Positions 1 to 9,601 of a DNA stretch of 30,777 bases are shown piece by piece. The stretch comes from Promethearchaeota archaeon (GTDB lineage: Archaea > Asgardarchaeota > Hermodarchaeia > Hermodarchaeales > Hermodarchaeaceae). The stretch lies in NCBI GenBank assembly GCA_048938295.1, contig JBHLMI010000027.1, forward strand, positions 4,650 through 35,426, written 5' to 3'. Below the pieces are notes generated by a model that saw nothing but the letters and a program-made list of their open reading frames with translations, did no database searches and was not told the origin of the DNA. Each line of letters begins with the position of its first letter. Positions within the stretch are counted from its first letter, which is position 1. Position numbers and translations under genes: made by a program.

Positions 1-840
1 CGGGAAGCGCGTTTAGACGCTGACACTCGGACATCGAAAGGCTCCTATAAGGCCGCAATACTTGCGGCTGGGGCAGGGATCCAAGCTTGGGAGGAAATTC
101 AGACAGGAAAAATCGATAATGCGTTCGCTCTGGTTCGTCCGCCAGGCCATCATGCAAACGCCCAAACAGCCCGCGGGTTCTGTCTATTCAATAACATCTC
201 CGTACTTACTCGTCACATCACCTCAACAGTTCCAGACAGCCGTGTATTAATTCTTGACATTGATGCTCACCATGGCAATGGAACCCAAGAGATTCATTAT
301 TCAGAATCTGATGTCCTGTATCTTGGCTTTCATCAAGATGGGCGAACTTTATATCCGGGGTATTCAGGCTATATTGATGAACTTGGCGAAGCAAAGGGTA
401 AGGGCTATAATATCAATGTCCCATTACCTCCTGGGACTTCTGATACTTCTTTTCTGCAGGGACTTTCGAATCTCTTTCCATCGATAGTTGAACAATATAG
501 ACCAACCGCCATTCTTGTCTCCGCTGGTTATGATGCACACTTCCGTGATGCCCTCACTAATCTACAATTCAGCGCTGTTGCATATCTCAAATCCACACAA
601 CTTCTCATGGAGCTTGCAGAAAAATATTGCAACGGTCGTGTGATTATGTTCTTGGAAGGGGGTTATGATTTGCAAGCTCTATCAGAATCAATATACAACA
701 CATTAGTCGCCATGAGCCATCATGGAACCCCAATCCACGAAAAAGCACCAGCTGAAGATTCACGAATATCTAAATATGTTCAAAGGCTTCTCAATGAACT
801 GAAGACCCTCCTCAAACCCTGGTGGAACATCTCCGAATGA
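1..840 (+). CDS. Histone deacetylase / acetoin utilization (HDAC) family protein, 5'-truncated by the window edge
   Basis: Frame +1 is open from base 1 to the stop at 838-840. Hand translation gives the HDAC motifs RPPGHHA, GFCLFNN, DIDAHHGNGTQ, SAGYDAH and LEGGY. Confidence 0.93.
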   Translation, partial: REARLDADTRTSKGSYKAAILAAGAGIQAWEEIQTGKIDNAFALVRPPGHHANAQTARGFCLFNNISVLTRHITSTVPDSRVLILDIDAHHGNGTQEIHYSESDVLYLGFHQDGRTLYPGYSGYIDELGEAKGKGYNINVPLPPGTSDTSFLQGLSNLFPSIVEQYRPTAILVSAGYDAHFRDALTNLQFSAVAYLKSTQLLMELAEKYCNGRVIMFLEGGYDLQALSESIYNTLVAMSHHGTPIHEKAPAEDSRISKYVQRLLNELKTLLKPWWNISE

Positions 841-858
841 TGCACAGCACAAAATCAG

Positions 859-993
859 TGGTGGGCCGGCCGCGATTTGAACGCGGGATCACCTGAAAGG
901 GGACTACTACACCAAATAGTAGTCACGCCCCAGGCAGGCATCATACCAATCTAGCCAAAGGCAGCTGCCAGTCGGGATCTAGACCACCGGCCC
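859..993 (-). tRNA. tRNA-Pro(GGG) with two BHB introns. Exons 993-977, 948-926, 895-859; introns 976-949 (28 nt, 17/17a) and 925-896 (30 nt, 39/40)
   Basis: The spliced sequence GGGCCGGTGGTCTAGAT/TGGTATGATGCCTGCCTGGGGCG/CAGGTGATCCCGCGTTCAAATCGCGGCCGGCCCACCA folds as a cloverleaf with anticodon stem CCTGC/GCAGG, loop CT-GGG-GC and encoded CCA. Confidence 0.92.
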
Positions 994-1022
994 ATGAGCT
1001 TGACTCATAAACAAACGTGTCC

Positions 1023-2039
1023 TTATAACTGCTTTTCCTCAGCGGTCTCTTTTTTGTTGACATAACCTTCTGATACAAACCAATCAATGGCCCGCGTGAA
1101 TGTCTCAGCCATGCCCATCGTCGGTCTCCAACCCAGGAGTCGCTTAGCCTTCTCATTTGAATACCATCGCTCGGAATTCATCGCATCAACGGATTTCATA
1201 TGCCATAGATAAGTCCGTTTTCCTCGATATTTGAAAAGGCCAATCAACCCAACTCCAAGCTTAGCAAAGAATACAGGAACCTTTCTTTTCGGTGGCTCTA
1301 CCCCCAAGTGATTAGCCACGAACCGAAAGACCTCCTCATAGGTGAAAACATCATCTGGGCAAAGAAAGAAAGTTTCATTGACGCCATCCTTCGTTCGGAT
1401 TGCAGAAAGAAATCCTTGCACCAAATCATCAACATGCATGAACATGATGTGTTTTCGTCCATCACCCGGAATCATTGAAATATCTCTGTTCGCAATTGCC
1501 TTTATGGTTTCAAATCCCACATAGAATTCTCCCGGCCCAGTAACCCCCACAGGTCGAAGAACGATATATTCGAATCCGCCAACCGCCGCTCCCTCTCTGA
1601 CTACCTTTTCTGCTTCCACCTTACTTTTTCCATAATCATACATCGGGTTTAGCTCTGTTTCTTCTGTCGCAGGAGGATTTGTTACCACTCCAGTCGTTTC
1701 GCTAGTAGAACAGTAGATAAACCGTCTGACAGAGGACTTCTTACAGGCAGTCAATAGATTTCGAGTTCCTTCCACATTCACGCGGTAGAGTAAACCAACA
1801 TCCTTCGGATAGAAGTCAAACATTGCCGCCAAATGGATAACTATCTCAGCGCCATTGGCTGCATCTTCTAAAGACGCTAAATCAAAGAGATCTCCTTCAA
1901 CAAGACGAACTTCCTTAGGTATTCCCCTAACTTCACTTGTTTTCCTGACAAGAGCTGTGACATCATATTTTTCCTCAACTAACTTAGCTACAAGATTTCG
2001 TCCAATGAACCCAGTCGCGCCTGTAACAAAGATCTTCAT
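1023..2039 (-). CDS. NAD-dependent epimerase/dehydratase (extended SDR, DFR-like)
   Basis: N-terminal VTGATGFIG Rossmann motif, HLAA, and YGKSK (YxxxK) catalytic motif; 338 aa. Confidence 0.92.
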   Translation of the reverse strand: MKIFVTGATGFIGRNLVAKLVEEKYDVTALVRKTSEVRGIPKEVRLVEGDLFDLASLEDAANGAEIVIHLAAMFDFYPKDVGLLYRVNVEGTRNLLTACKKSSVRRFIYCSTSETTGVVTNPPATEETELNPMYDYGKSKVEAEKVVREGAAVGGFEYIVLRPVGVTGPGEFYVGFETIKAIANRDISMIPGDGRKHIMFMHVDDLVQGFLSAIRTKDGVNETFFLCPDDVFTYEEVFRFVANHLGVEPPKRKVPVFFAKLGVGLIGLFKYRGKRTYLWHMKSVDAMNSERWYSNEKAKRLLGWRPTMGMAETFTRAIDWFVSEGYVNKKETAEEKQL

Positions 2040-2050
2040 TAATTATCACC

Positions 2051-2635
2051 TCAAGGAGAATCATGATTGGTCGCCTTCCTCAAACTTTTCACCGCTAAAT
2101 CTCCATAAATCGGTCCTTTGGGAGTTAGAGTGCTTCTCTTAAGCTTAATAGCTCTCACCAAGAATTTTCCGAACTCTTTGTTTGCATATTTGTGAACCAT
2201 CTGCATAAGCTCTTCTCGATGCAATCCACTTCGGACTCTTAAAACCGTTAAATGTGGCGAATACTCACGCTTCTCCGAAGGGAATCCGTGAGCTCGAAGT
2301 TCCCGTCCGAGAAATTTCTGGTGTTCAATAAGTTGGTCTGCTCCTGTTGTTACACCAATCCAAATCACTCGGGGCCGTTGAGGACGAAAACATCCTACGC
2401 CGTTAAGGTCAACGTCAAACGCGGTTCCTTTCGCTTGTTCAATTATATTAGTAAGTTCTGGTATTCTTGCCTCATCGATGTTGCCCAAAAAATGGAGGGT
2501 AAAGTGAAGGTTTTGGGGTTCAACGAGCTTCAACTTTGCTCCGCTTGTTAGAAGCTCTTGCTGAATCTTGCCGATTTCTCGAACTAAATCCGAATCATCA
2601 ACTTCAACGGCGATAAAACATCGAATCCCTGCCAT
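2051..2635 (-). CDS. thpR: RNA 2',3'-cyclic phosphodiesterase / 2'-5' RNA ligase (2H phosphoesterase, LigT/ThpR)
   Basis: Starts RCFIAVE; two HxT motifs (HFTL, HLTV); PRVIWIG; STLTPKGPIY near the C-terminus. Confidence 0.92.
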   Translation of the reverse strand: MAGIRCFIAVEVDDSDLVREIGKIQQELLTSGAKLKLVEPQNLHFTLHFLGNIDEARIPELTNIIEQAKGTAFDVDLNGVGCFRPQRPRVIWIGVTTGADQLIEHQKFLGRELRAHGFPSEKREYSPHLTVLRVRSGLHREELMQMVHKYANKEFGKFLVRAIKLKRSTLTPKGPIYGDLAVKSLRKATNHDSP

Positions 2636-2735
2636 AAGATACCATCTCGCTGATTTGGTTGTAAATAAGCAGGAAACTTTATATCATTCTCCCTTCCCAA
2701 AGGCGAACAGCTTGCTTTTGGGAGGCATTGTTTGC

Positions 2736-3854
2736 TTGAAGACAAAGAAATCTTCTCGTACGCGGAAGCCGTTGGCTGAAATCTCTCGAACCTCTGGTGA
2801 ACCTCTAACTCAACAAATTGTTCCCGCAAGAGAAGTGATTTTACGACCCGCAGGCTATCCTCTTGAAGTTAATAGCACTCCGACTAATCCTTTACTTCAT
2901 ATACGGGATGAAAAGCTCTTTAGCGCATATGCTGTTGATCAATGGCAAGGCATCAAAGTCAAACCCACCGATTATTTGTTTGACCAATTGCTACTCCCAG
3001 ATTTCGCGTTTGAAGTCGTATCCGTTATCCCAACGGAAGCTCACATCGTTGCAGATACACAGATTCGACTTATTGAACCTCCCGATGAAGCTCCATCCAA
3101 AGGTCGTAGACTTGGATTCGAAGATGTAATTGGTCATGAAGATGCGAAAGCAAAATGCTTGATTATCCAGAAGTACATTGCCGACCCACAACGATTTGCT
3201 GAGTGGGCTCCTCGCCGAGTGCTATTTTATGGTCCACCTGGCACAGGAAAAACCATGCTAGCCCGAGCTCTTGCCTGGGAAACCCAAACTGAATTTGCCT
3301 ACATTAAAGCAACCTCTCTGATCGGACAACATGTTGGTGCAGGGGCGGACAAAGTCAATAAGCTCTTTGAAGACATAGTCCGAAATAAGCCGTGTATAGT
3401 ATTCATTGATGAAATTGATTCAATTGGACTCGATCGAGGTTTCCAATCTGTCCGAGGCGATGTAACCGAGGTGGTGAATTCGCTTATCTCACAATTCGAT
3501 CTCATCGAAGATCAAACAGGAGTTGTAGTCATCGCCGCGACCAATAGCCAAGACTTCCTTGACCCTGCACTTCGAAGCCGCTTTGAAGAAGAAATCTATT
3601 TTGACCTTCCTGATTATGAAGAGAGACTTCGAATTCTGCAGAAGTATTCATCAAGCCTGCCAATGCCTGTTGATGCAGATCTAGAATCGCTTGCTCGACG
3701 CACTGAAGGCTATTCTGGACGGGACCTAAAGGATCGCGTTCTAAAAGGTGCCCTACATCATGCTTTGGCAAAAGGGCTTACGGCTCTGGATGAATCGACC
3801 TTCAAACATGTTGAAATTATCCAATCGTCCAAAGACAAGAGTTTGTATAAGTAA
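2736..3854 (+). CDS. Archaeal AAA+ ATPase (COG1223-like, single AAA domain with N-terminal domain)
   Basis: Walker A GPPGTGKT, Walker B VFIDE, SRH AATN...LDPALRSRF. Start moved from the ORF-track 2568 to TTG 2736 because GGAGG lies at 2721-2725 and the longer start overlaps thpR. Confidence 0.85.
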   Translation: MKTKKSSRTRKPLAEISRTSGEPLTQQIVPAREVILRPAGYPLEVNSTPTNPLLHIRDEKLFSAYAVDQWQGIKVKPTDYLFDQLLLPDFAFEVVSVIPTEAHIVADTQIRLIEPPDEAPSKGRRLGFEDVIGHEDAKAKCLIIQKYIADPQRFAEWAPRRVLFYGPPGTGKTMLARALAWETQTEFAYIKATSLIGQHVGAGADKVNKLFEDIVRNKPCIVFIDEIDSIGLDRGFQSVRGDVTEVVNSLISQFDLIEDQTGVVVIAATNSQDFLDPALRSRFEEEIYFDLPDYEERLRILQKYSSSLPMPVDADLESLARRTEGYSGRDLKDRVLKGALHHALAKGLTALDESTFKHVEIIQSSKDKSLYK

Positions 3855-3888
3855 TCCTATCTACTGAACTGTGGTTATGTTGCCCGTA

Positions 3889-4437
3889 ATGAAAGCCCTC
3901 ATTTTCTGTGGCATGCCTGGCTCTGGAAAATCCATTGGTGCAACCGTTGCGAAAGACCTAGGAATTCCTGTTTTTGTAATGGGCGACGTAGTGCGTGAGG
4001 AAGTGACTCGACGGCAACTTCCACACACACCCCAAACACTAGGGCAAATCATGATTGAACTCCGTGAGCAGTTCGGACCAGCCGTAATCGCCCAACGAGT
4101 CATCGACAAACTTGAAGATGTTGCTGGTCCTTCAGTGGTTATTGATGGGGCAAGGAGCGAGGCGGAAGTGCAAGCCTTTAAAGAAGCCGTGAATCACGTA
4201 CTAGTCGTGGCAGTTCATGCTGCCCCTCAAATTCGATTTGAACGTCTACGCCAGCGAGGTCGTAAAGACGACTCGTTAACTGAGGCGCTATTGCGTGAAA
4301 GAGACAGTCGGGAGCTCGACATCGGATTAGGTCGGCTAATCGCGCAGGCTGACATAATGATCGTAAATGAAGGCGAATATGAAGAACTTCAAACAAAAAT
4401 CCGCCAGGTTCTGATGCAAGTCTTCGATTTAGTATGA
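3889..4437 (+). CDS. coaE: Archaeal dephospho-CoA kinase (P-loop kinase)
   Basis: GMPGSGKS P-loop, MGDVVR, VIDGAR and RGRKDD, typical of archaeal DPCK. ATG 3889 preferred to GTG 3871. Confidence 0.75.
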   Translation: MKALIFCGMPGSGKSIGATVAKDLGIPVFVMGDVVREEVTRRQLPHTPQTLGQIMIELREQFGPAVIAQRVIDKLEDVAGPSVVIDGARSEAEVQAFKEAVNHVLVVAVHAAPQIRFERLRQRGRKDDSLTEALLRERDSRELDIGLGRLIAQADIMIVNEGEYEELQTKIRQVLMQVFDLV

Positions 4438-4892
4438 TAAAGGAGGGATTACCGTTTATCTCCGTGAGATTATGGGCAGTTGTTAATCCCACAGAAGATA
4501 TGAAAAAAGTGCAGCAAGCCTTCGTGAATCTTTGCCCTCCAATAACTAGCGAGCTCAAAGAAGATCCTGAATTCGGAATGGTTCTAATAGGTACCGCTAC
4601 TGGACCCGCTTCTATTGCCGCATTTGCCAAGAAATTCCGCGAACAACGCATTCTCGAAGCAGTCAGACACCAATTGCTAAAATCTATTCAAAATGGATCC
4701 ATACTATTTGGGATGCAAAGACAAGCTGCCTACATGAATCGTTTTCACCTATGTGATTTAGATGATTATTCTGCAATGGGCCCTATTCGCGTTGAAATTC
4801 GAGCCAACAAAATACAAGATGTAATCGATTATATCAGTCCTCCAACGGCCAAAGGAAAACCTCAATTCCGCAACGATGTTCAACTGGATTGA
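4434..4892 (+). CDS. DUF54/UPF0201 family protein
   Basis: VNPTEDxxKV and QRILEAVR motifs; overlaps the DPCK stop, a common archaeal gene pair. Confidence 0.75.
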   Translation: MIKEGLPFISVRLWAVVNPTEDMKKVQQAFVNLCPPITSELKEDPEFGMVLIGTATGPASIAAFAKKFREQRILEAVRHQLLKSIQNGSILFGMQRQAAYMNRFHLCDLDDYSAMGPIRVEIRANKIQDVIDYISPPTAKGKPQFRNDVQLD

Positions 4893-4901
4893 AGAGTTGC
4901 T

Positions 4902-5828
4902 TCACGTTGATGGGGTTAGCTCTAAGCAATCTAAATCCTTAGGCACGAAACTTTGGGGGAAAATTGCTTTGGCTTCGTTTTCATGCTCTTCGGTGCTTGT
5001 ATAGCGTGGGCTGATGTGAACTAAAGCTAGATGCGCAACCTGCGCCTGTGCGGCAATTTGTGCCGCTTGGGCAGCTGTTGAGTGTAGATAGTTCTTTGCA
5101 TTCTCTGTATGGCTTGCTGTAAAAGTTGCGTCATGAATCAAAAGACTAGCATTCTTGGCTGCTTTGGCTAACTTGGGATTTGGAGCAGTATCTCCTGAAT
5201 AGACTATGGTAACTCCTTTACGGGTAGGACCCAATACATCTTCTGGTTTGACGTTTTTCCCATCGGGGGTTTGGATTGCATGCCCTTCACAGAGGCTTTT
5301 GCGAAGCGGACCTGAGGGTACACCCAGTTGCTGAGCTTTACTTACATCAAATTTTCCTGGGCTATCGGTCATTTGTAGAATATACGAAAGCGAGGGAACA
5401 CTATGAATTGCGGGTAAACATCGGACTTGATATTGCACTTGGTTGGAGATGATACCCTTCTCCACGTCCTTGGTTGTTAATTTAAAATCGAGCTGTACGT
5501 GGGTTAATTCCAGGCTGGTTTCGGTGAATTTCGTTGTGCCCTTTGGCCCAAAGATTGTCAAGGGCTTAGACCGATCCTGCATTACCATGGTCGAAATGAG
5601 TCCTGGTAATCCCAGAACATGGTCACCATGAAGATGGGTGATGTAAATTTCTCGAATCCGCTGTGGACTCAAACCTACTTTTCGCAATTGGAGCTGGGCT
5701 GCTTCACCACAATCGAAGAGTAAGAGTGTCCCTTGGAATTGGATTGCAATGGATGGCGGTGCTCGAGTCAAAGCTGGGATTCCTCCTCCAACCCCTAAGA
5801 AATGTACTCGAACCTTGGTGTTTGTCAT
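4902..5828 (-). CDS. rnz: Ribonuclease Z (tRNA 3' endonuclease)
   Basis: FDCGE, HLHGDH, exosite GVPSGP, SGDT, HDAT, HST and VHISPRY metallo-beta-lactamase motifs. Confidence 0.95.
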   Translation of the reverse strand: MTNTKVRVHFLGVGGGIPALTRAPPSIAIQFQGTLLLFDCGEAAQLQLRKVGLSPQRIREIYITHLHGDHVLGLPGLISTMVMQDRSKPLTIFGPKGTTKFTETSLELTHVQLDFKLTTKDVEKGIISNQVQYQVRCLPAIHSVPSLSYILQMTDSPGKFDVSKAQQLGVPSGPLRKSLCEGHAIQTPDGKNVKPEDVLGPTRKGVTIVYSGDTAPNPKLAKAAKNASLLIHDATFTASHTENAKNYLHSTAAQAAQIAAQAQVAHLALVHISPRYTSTEEHENEAKAIFPQSFVPKDLDCLELTPST

Positions 5829-5831
5829 AGA

Positions 5832-6890
5832 TTATTTTCGCTCCAGGACAACGATATGACGGTGGAGGCTTCGGTGAATCCGCATCGTATGCATTTCTTT
5901 GATTATGAAGCTTTCAGATGGTATCATATCCTCCCTGAAATATTCTAAAGGTAAGGCCAGACACAGAAAGCCACCGGGCTTCAAAATCGGTGCAAACGAA
6001 GCCAAACTATCTTTTATCAGCCTACTAATTGCTGCACCTTTTGTCGAACTGGATCGACCGTAAGGAGGATCCGTTGCAATCGATTCAACTCCGTTCCTCC
6101 GTATTGGTGGTTCCCGAGCGTCCGCTAGGCAGCCATAGAATGGAACCTTGAAATGGGTAAGATTCTGTTGGCTACCCGCAAGCATTGAAATGTCAATGTC
6201 AAACCCGACAGGAAGGCAACCGATTTCTGCTGCTTCAAGCAGAAGACCGCCAGTGCCACAGAACGGATCCAAGAACTCGCCTCCTTGTTTTGCACGGCTC
6301 AGATTCACCAAAACTCGGGCAATTTTCGGGTTGATAGCACTGGGAACAAAGAAAGGACGAAGCGGACTGCGCCTCTTTGAAAAGCCTCTTCGCTCCCGGG
6401 TTGCAAGATGGGGTCCGAAAAAGAACTGCTTACCATTAATAACACCAAGAAAAAGGACATCTGGTGAGGCTAAACCAATCTCGACCTGCCCGTCCATAGA
6501 CTGCCATATTTCTGAGCCAATCTTTCCTTGTAAATCATCCACATTGAATTCATCTGGTTCTTGTTTAATCCTGGTTACCTTTACACCAAAGCGACTTCCT
6601 GGACGAACCCACGAAGAAAAATCGATTCTCCGAAGTGCCTGGAGAATCGCTTCCTCCTCTGCAGCTGATTCAAAGACAACAACGCAAGCCTTGTTAACAA
6701 GTCCTGCTCTTAGAGTAGCTTTCTGTGCTCCCTTAGGGTCCACTTCCATTAGCAAAATACGTTTTTCCCTTCCCTTAACAGAATATGAAAACCCTTCAGA
6801 TTCTAATATTGCACAGAGCTCTGCTTGGGGTAAGGTATCATGTTCTCCCGAAAGAATGAATAGGCATAGTTGTCCACTTTGCTGAGTCAC
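5832..6890 (-). CDS. trm11: tRNA (guanine-10-N2)-methyltransferase (THUMP + Rossmann-fold MTase)
   Basis: N-terminal LSGEHDTLPxAE, THUMP-like region, RPFFVP, DPFCGTGG, TDPPYGR and C-terminal HRSLHR. Confidence 0.88.
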   Translation of the reverse strand: MTQQSGQLCLFILSGEHDTLPQAELCAILESEGFSYSVKGREKRILLMEVDPKGAQKATLRAGLVNKACVVVFESAAEEEAILQALRRIDFSSWVRPGSRFGVKVTRIKQEPDEFNVDDLQGKIGSEIWQSMDGQVEIGLASPDVLFLGVINGKQFFFGPHLATRERRGFSKRRSPLRPFFVPSAINPKIARVLVNLSRAKQGGEFLDPFCGTGGLLLEAAEIGCLPVGFDIDISMLAGSQQNLTHFKVPFYGCLADAREPPIRRNGVESIATDPPYGRSSSTKGAAISRLIKDSLASFAPILKPGGFLCLALPLEYFREDMIPSESFIIKEMHTMRIHRSLHRHIVVLERK

Positions 6891-7345
6891 TGCCGGTCCT
6901 CCAACGGAAGTCTCATTACCAGTGCATCTTCTCCATCATTGTAGTATTTACGAGTTCGCCAGAATTTCTTAAAACCCTGTTTTCGATAGAAAGCTTTTGC
7001 ACCATCGTTCGAAACACGCACCTCCAAATAAACCTCTTCGCATCCCTTTTCTACGAGTACTCCAATTATCGAAGATAGAAGCTCATCCCCAATTCCCATG
7101 CGACGTTTGTCTTTTCTAACGGCTATGGAAAGCAAATGACCAATCCTTAGGTCGGATTGTTGTTCAATCTCAGCTACGACATACCCAAGCAACTCCCCAT
7201 TTTGTACAGCAACTAAAAACAGATCGGTAAAATTCTCCGCAATTAGACGGAATAAGCTGAGGGGATATGGATCGGAAAAGGACTCGAATTCAATCTGCAT
7301 AATTTGGTTGAAATCCGTTTGTTTGATTGGGCGAATTGTTCTCAT
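6887..7345 (-). CDS. rimI: RimI/Ard1-type N-acetyltransferase (GNAT)
   Basis: GHLLSIAV, RRMGIG, LEVRVSN and YYNDGEDA. Confidence 0.9.
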   Translation of the reverse strand: MRTIRPIKQTDFNQIMQIEFESFSDPYPLSLFRLIAENFTDLFLVAVQNGELLGYVVAEIEQQSDLRIGHLLSIAVRKDKRRMGIGDELLSSIIGVLVEKGCEEVYLEVRVSNDGAKAFYRKQGFKKFWRTRKYYNDGEDALVMRLPLEDRQ

Positions 7346-7418
7346 TTGAATAATCCCTAGCAGTGGATAGAAATATGTGTAGGGTTTGTGGTCATATCAA
7401 GTGCTGAGGCGACTATTT

Positions 7419-8513
7419 GTGAAAATTATTGCAAAGCGCTTGAAATTGGGTAAAATAGTCGTTGTCCCCGAAGATATCGATGACTTATGGCATTTATACA
7501 ACGTAATTCTCCCAGGTGATCAAGTCGCAGCCCGAACAGTTAGACGCGTGCGTCGTGATTTCGGTGACACATCCCGCCCAGACAAAGGTGAACGTCGACC
7601 GATGTTCATTCGCCTCACCGTCGAAGAGGTCTCCTTACATAAGTACTCAAATCGTCTCCGAGTGAAAGGAAAAATCCTGGAAGGCCCAGATGATTTCGTA
7701 TCAACCGGAAGCTATCATACAATTAACATCGAACCAGGTCTCAAAATTGAAATCATCAAAGAAAGATGGCCAAATCTCCTCCTGAAACGGTTACAAGATG
7801 CTGTTTCGCGGAAGGGTCAACGTCTAATTATTGTCGCGGTGGAAGAAGATCAGGCTTCGATCGGCGTCATTGATGATTCAGGGATTGATGTTCGCGTTGA
7901 AATCCATGGGACTGCCCGGGGAAAATATGGTAAATACGTCCAAGCAGCTGAAACAACGGATCAAATGTTCGCAGGCGTCGCCACCCAACTCCAAGAACTC
8001 ATAAAGCGACTACCAGAGAATACGCGAATAGTGTTAGTTGGACCAGGATCAACAAAGGAGAAACTTGCTGAATACCTGAAAAACAAAGTCCCTGCAAGTA
8101 AAGGACGTCTCCTCATAGAACATGTTAGCACTGGGACTGTTGCAGGGATTTATGAGGCGTTAAACCGGGGAATCGTTGAAAGGATTGCCAGCGAAATTCG
8201 ACTTAACCAGGAAATCCGTCTTATGGACGAGGTAATGACGAATCTTGGAAAAGATACAGGAAAAGCAGCATATGGTTGGGAAGCTATCATCCGTGCAGTC
8301 CAGTTTGGTGCGGTTGAAACACTCCTTGTTCTTGATAAACTGTTCCGTGAGGCTGAACCCGATGATCGGCGAGAATTAGAAAATATCATGCGACAGGTGG
8401 AAAAACAAGCAGGCTCAATTGAACTCTTCAGTGCTGATCATCAAGCGGGAAAACAACTTGAAGGTCTAGGGGGACTCGTTGCACTTCTTCGCTTCCGTTT
8501 ACCTGACTCCTAG
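7419..8513 (+). CDS. pelA: mRNA surveillance protein Pelota (Dom34)
   Basis: PEDIDDLWHLYNVI, RLRVKGKI, GSYHTINI and GGLVALLRF. GTG 7419 preferred as start. Confidence 0.95.
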   Translation: MKIIAKRLKLGKIVVVPEDIDDLWHLYNVILPGDQVAARTVRRVRRDFGDTSRPDKGERRPMFIRLTVEEVSLHKYSNRLRVKGKILEGPDDFVSTGSYHTINIEPGLKIEIIKERWPNLLLKRLQDAVSRKGQRLIIVAVEEDQASIGVIDDSGIDVRVEIHGTARGKYGKYVQAAETTDQMFAGVATQLQELIKRLPENTRIVLVGPGSTKEKLAEYLKNKVPASKGRLLIEHVSTGTVAGIYEALNRGIVERIASEIRLNQEIRLMDEVMTNLGKDTGKAAYGWEAIIRAVQFGAVETLLVLDKLFREAEPDDRRELENIMRQVEKQAGSIELFSADHQAGKQLEGLGGLVALLRFRLPDS

Positions 8514-9595
8514 AGTGGAAAATATGAAACCTGAAACCGAGTATCAATAGGGTACTCTTCCACAATTCCCACGCTCAATCCCTTTGCCTTCAGCCGCTTT
8601 GCTAAACAGCGAGTTATAGAAGCTGCAGTTTCAATTCGGCCTTTGACCTCATTCACCCATATATGCTTACGCTCAACTTGGAATTCCTTTTCTAATAGTT
8701 CCTTAATGGCTGTCAAACCTAGCTCCTCTGAGGGTGTGATGACACCCTTGACCAACAGCCCCTCCTTTGAAATCCGTTCAAAAGGTTTAGCAATGCTTCT
8801 CGCCCGGCGTTTGAAGCGATTTCGCAATTGTGCTCCATCCTTGAGCCCTAGCGGACAATAATGGATACTTAGAGAGGTCTCTTTCGCCGCCCACTCGAGA
8901 AGTTCTATTGCTTCAGCTTCACTGTCTTGTACTGCTGCAATCGTTCCCGACTCTAACTTGAAACCTCTTTTCCGTAATTGCTGGGCATTGCCAGAGGTGA
9001 ATTCCATCTCGTTGAGATTAATGAAATCAATTCCGATCTCATCCAGTTGTCGGAACAGTTCCTTAAGCGAATCACGCATCCCAGGGATGACTGGGATTTC
9101 TAATCCCAGCTTTGCCCGACCTTTTGTCAATCTCCGCAATTTGCGGTAATCTTCTCCAATCTTGAACCGATGGAGTCGCACCTCATCAAGGCCTGCATCT
9201 AAGAGCTGTTCAACTACGTCAAAGGGAACGGGTTCAAGCCCAGTATACAAATGGATGTGAAAGGACTCTCCCCCTCTACTTTTTACTGCCCGAATGAACT
9301 CGAGTGTCCGGCCTAATTCTTGCAACGGTTCTCCGCCAGTAATACCCATTCCCATGGCTCTACTCAACTGCGCTTCAGCGATTATGTCCTCGATAGCAGT
9401 TACTTCAACCTCGTTGGCGAAAATTACTTTCTGGTTATACCGTTCTTCAGATATTGGACAATAATAACAATCCTTTGAACACTCACCGGTGACAAAGAGG
9501 ACTAGTTTTTCACCTCTCATGCAAAGCTTACAGCCCTTTGAAAGGTGTCCAACGTAGGGGGAATTCCCTCGCGAAAGGTGGATCTCTCGTGTCAT
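8510..9595 (-). CDS. Radical SAM protein (archaeal, uncharacterised)
   Basis: CSKDCYYC (CxxxCxxC), extra GCKLC, ITGGEP and FINLNEME. Confidence 0.88.
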   Translation of the reverse strand: MTREIHLSRGNSPYVGHLSKGCKLCMRGEKLVLFVTGECSKDCYYCPISEERYNQKVIFANEVEVTAIEDIIAEAQLSRAMGMGITGGEPLQELGRTLEFIRAVKSRGGESFHIHLYTGLEPVPFDVVEQLLDAGLDEVRLHRFKIGEDYRKLRRLTKGRAKLGLEIPVIPGMRDSLKELFRQLDEIGIDFINLNEMEFTSGNAQQLRKRGFKLESGTIAAVQDSEAEAIELLEWAAKETSLSIHYCPLGLKDGAQLRNRFKRRARSIAKPFERISKEGLLVKGVITPSEELGLTAIKELLEKEFQVERKHIWVNEVKGRIETAASITRCLAKRLKAKGLSVGIVEEYPIDTRFQVSYFPL

Positions 9596-9601
9596 CCTGA
9601 C

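Noticed and set aside
2051-2635. 2H phosphoesterase as a dedicated ligase for the micro-introns
   Set aside because: The gene is widespread in archaea without such introns; RtcB is the established splicing ligase, and nothing links this copy specifically.
6148-6885. 245-aa plus-strand ORF, and similar ones such as 4178-4651, 26327-26821 and 18874-19104
   Set aside because: Antisense shadows of well-supported conserved genes, with no motifs.
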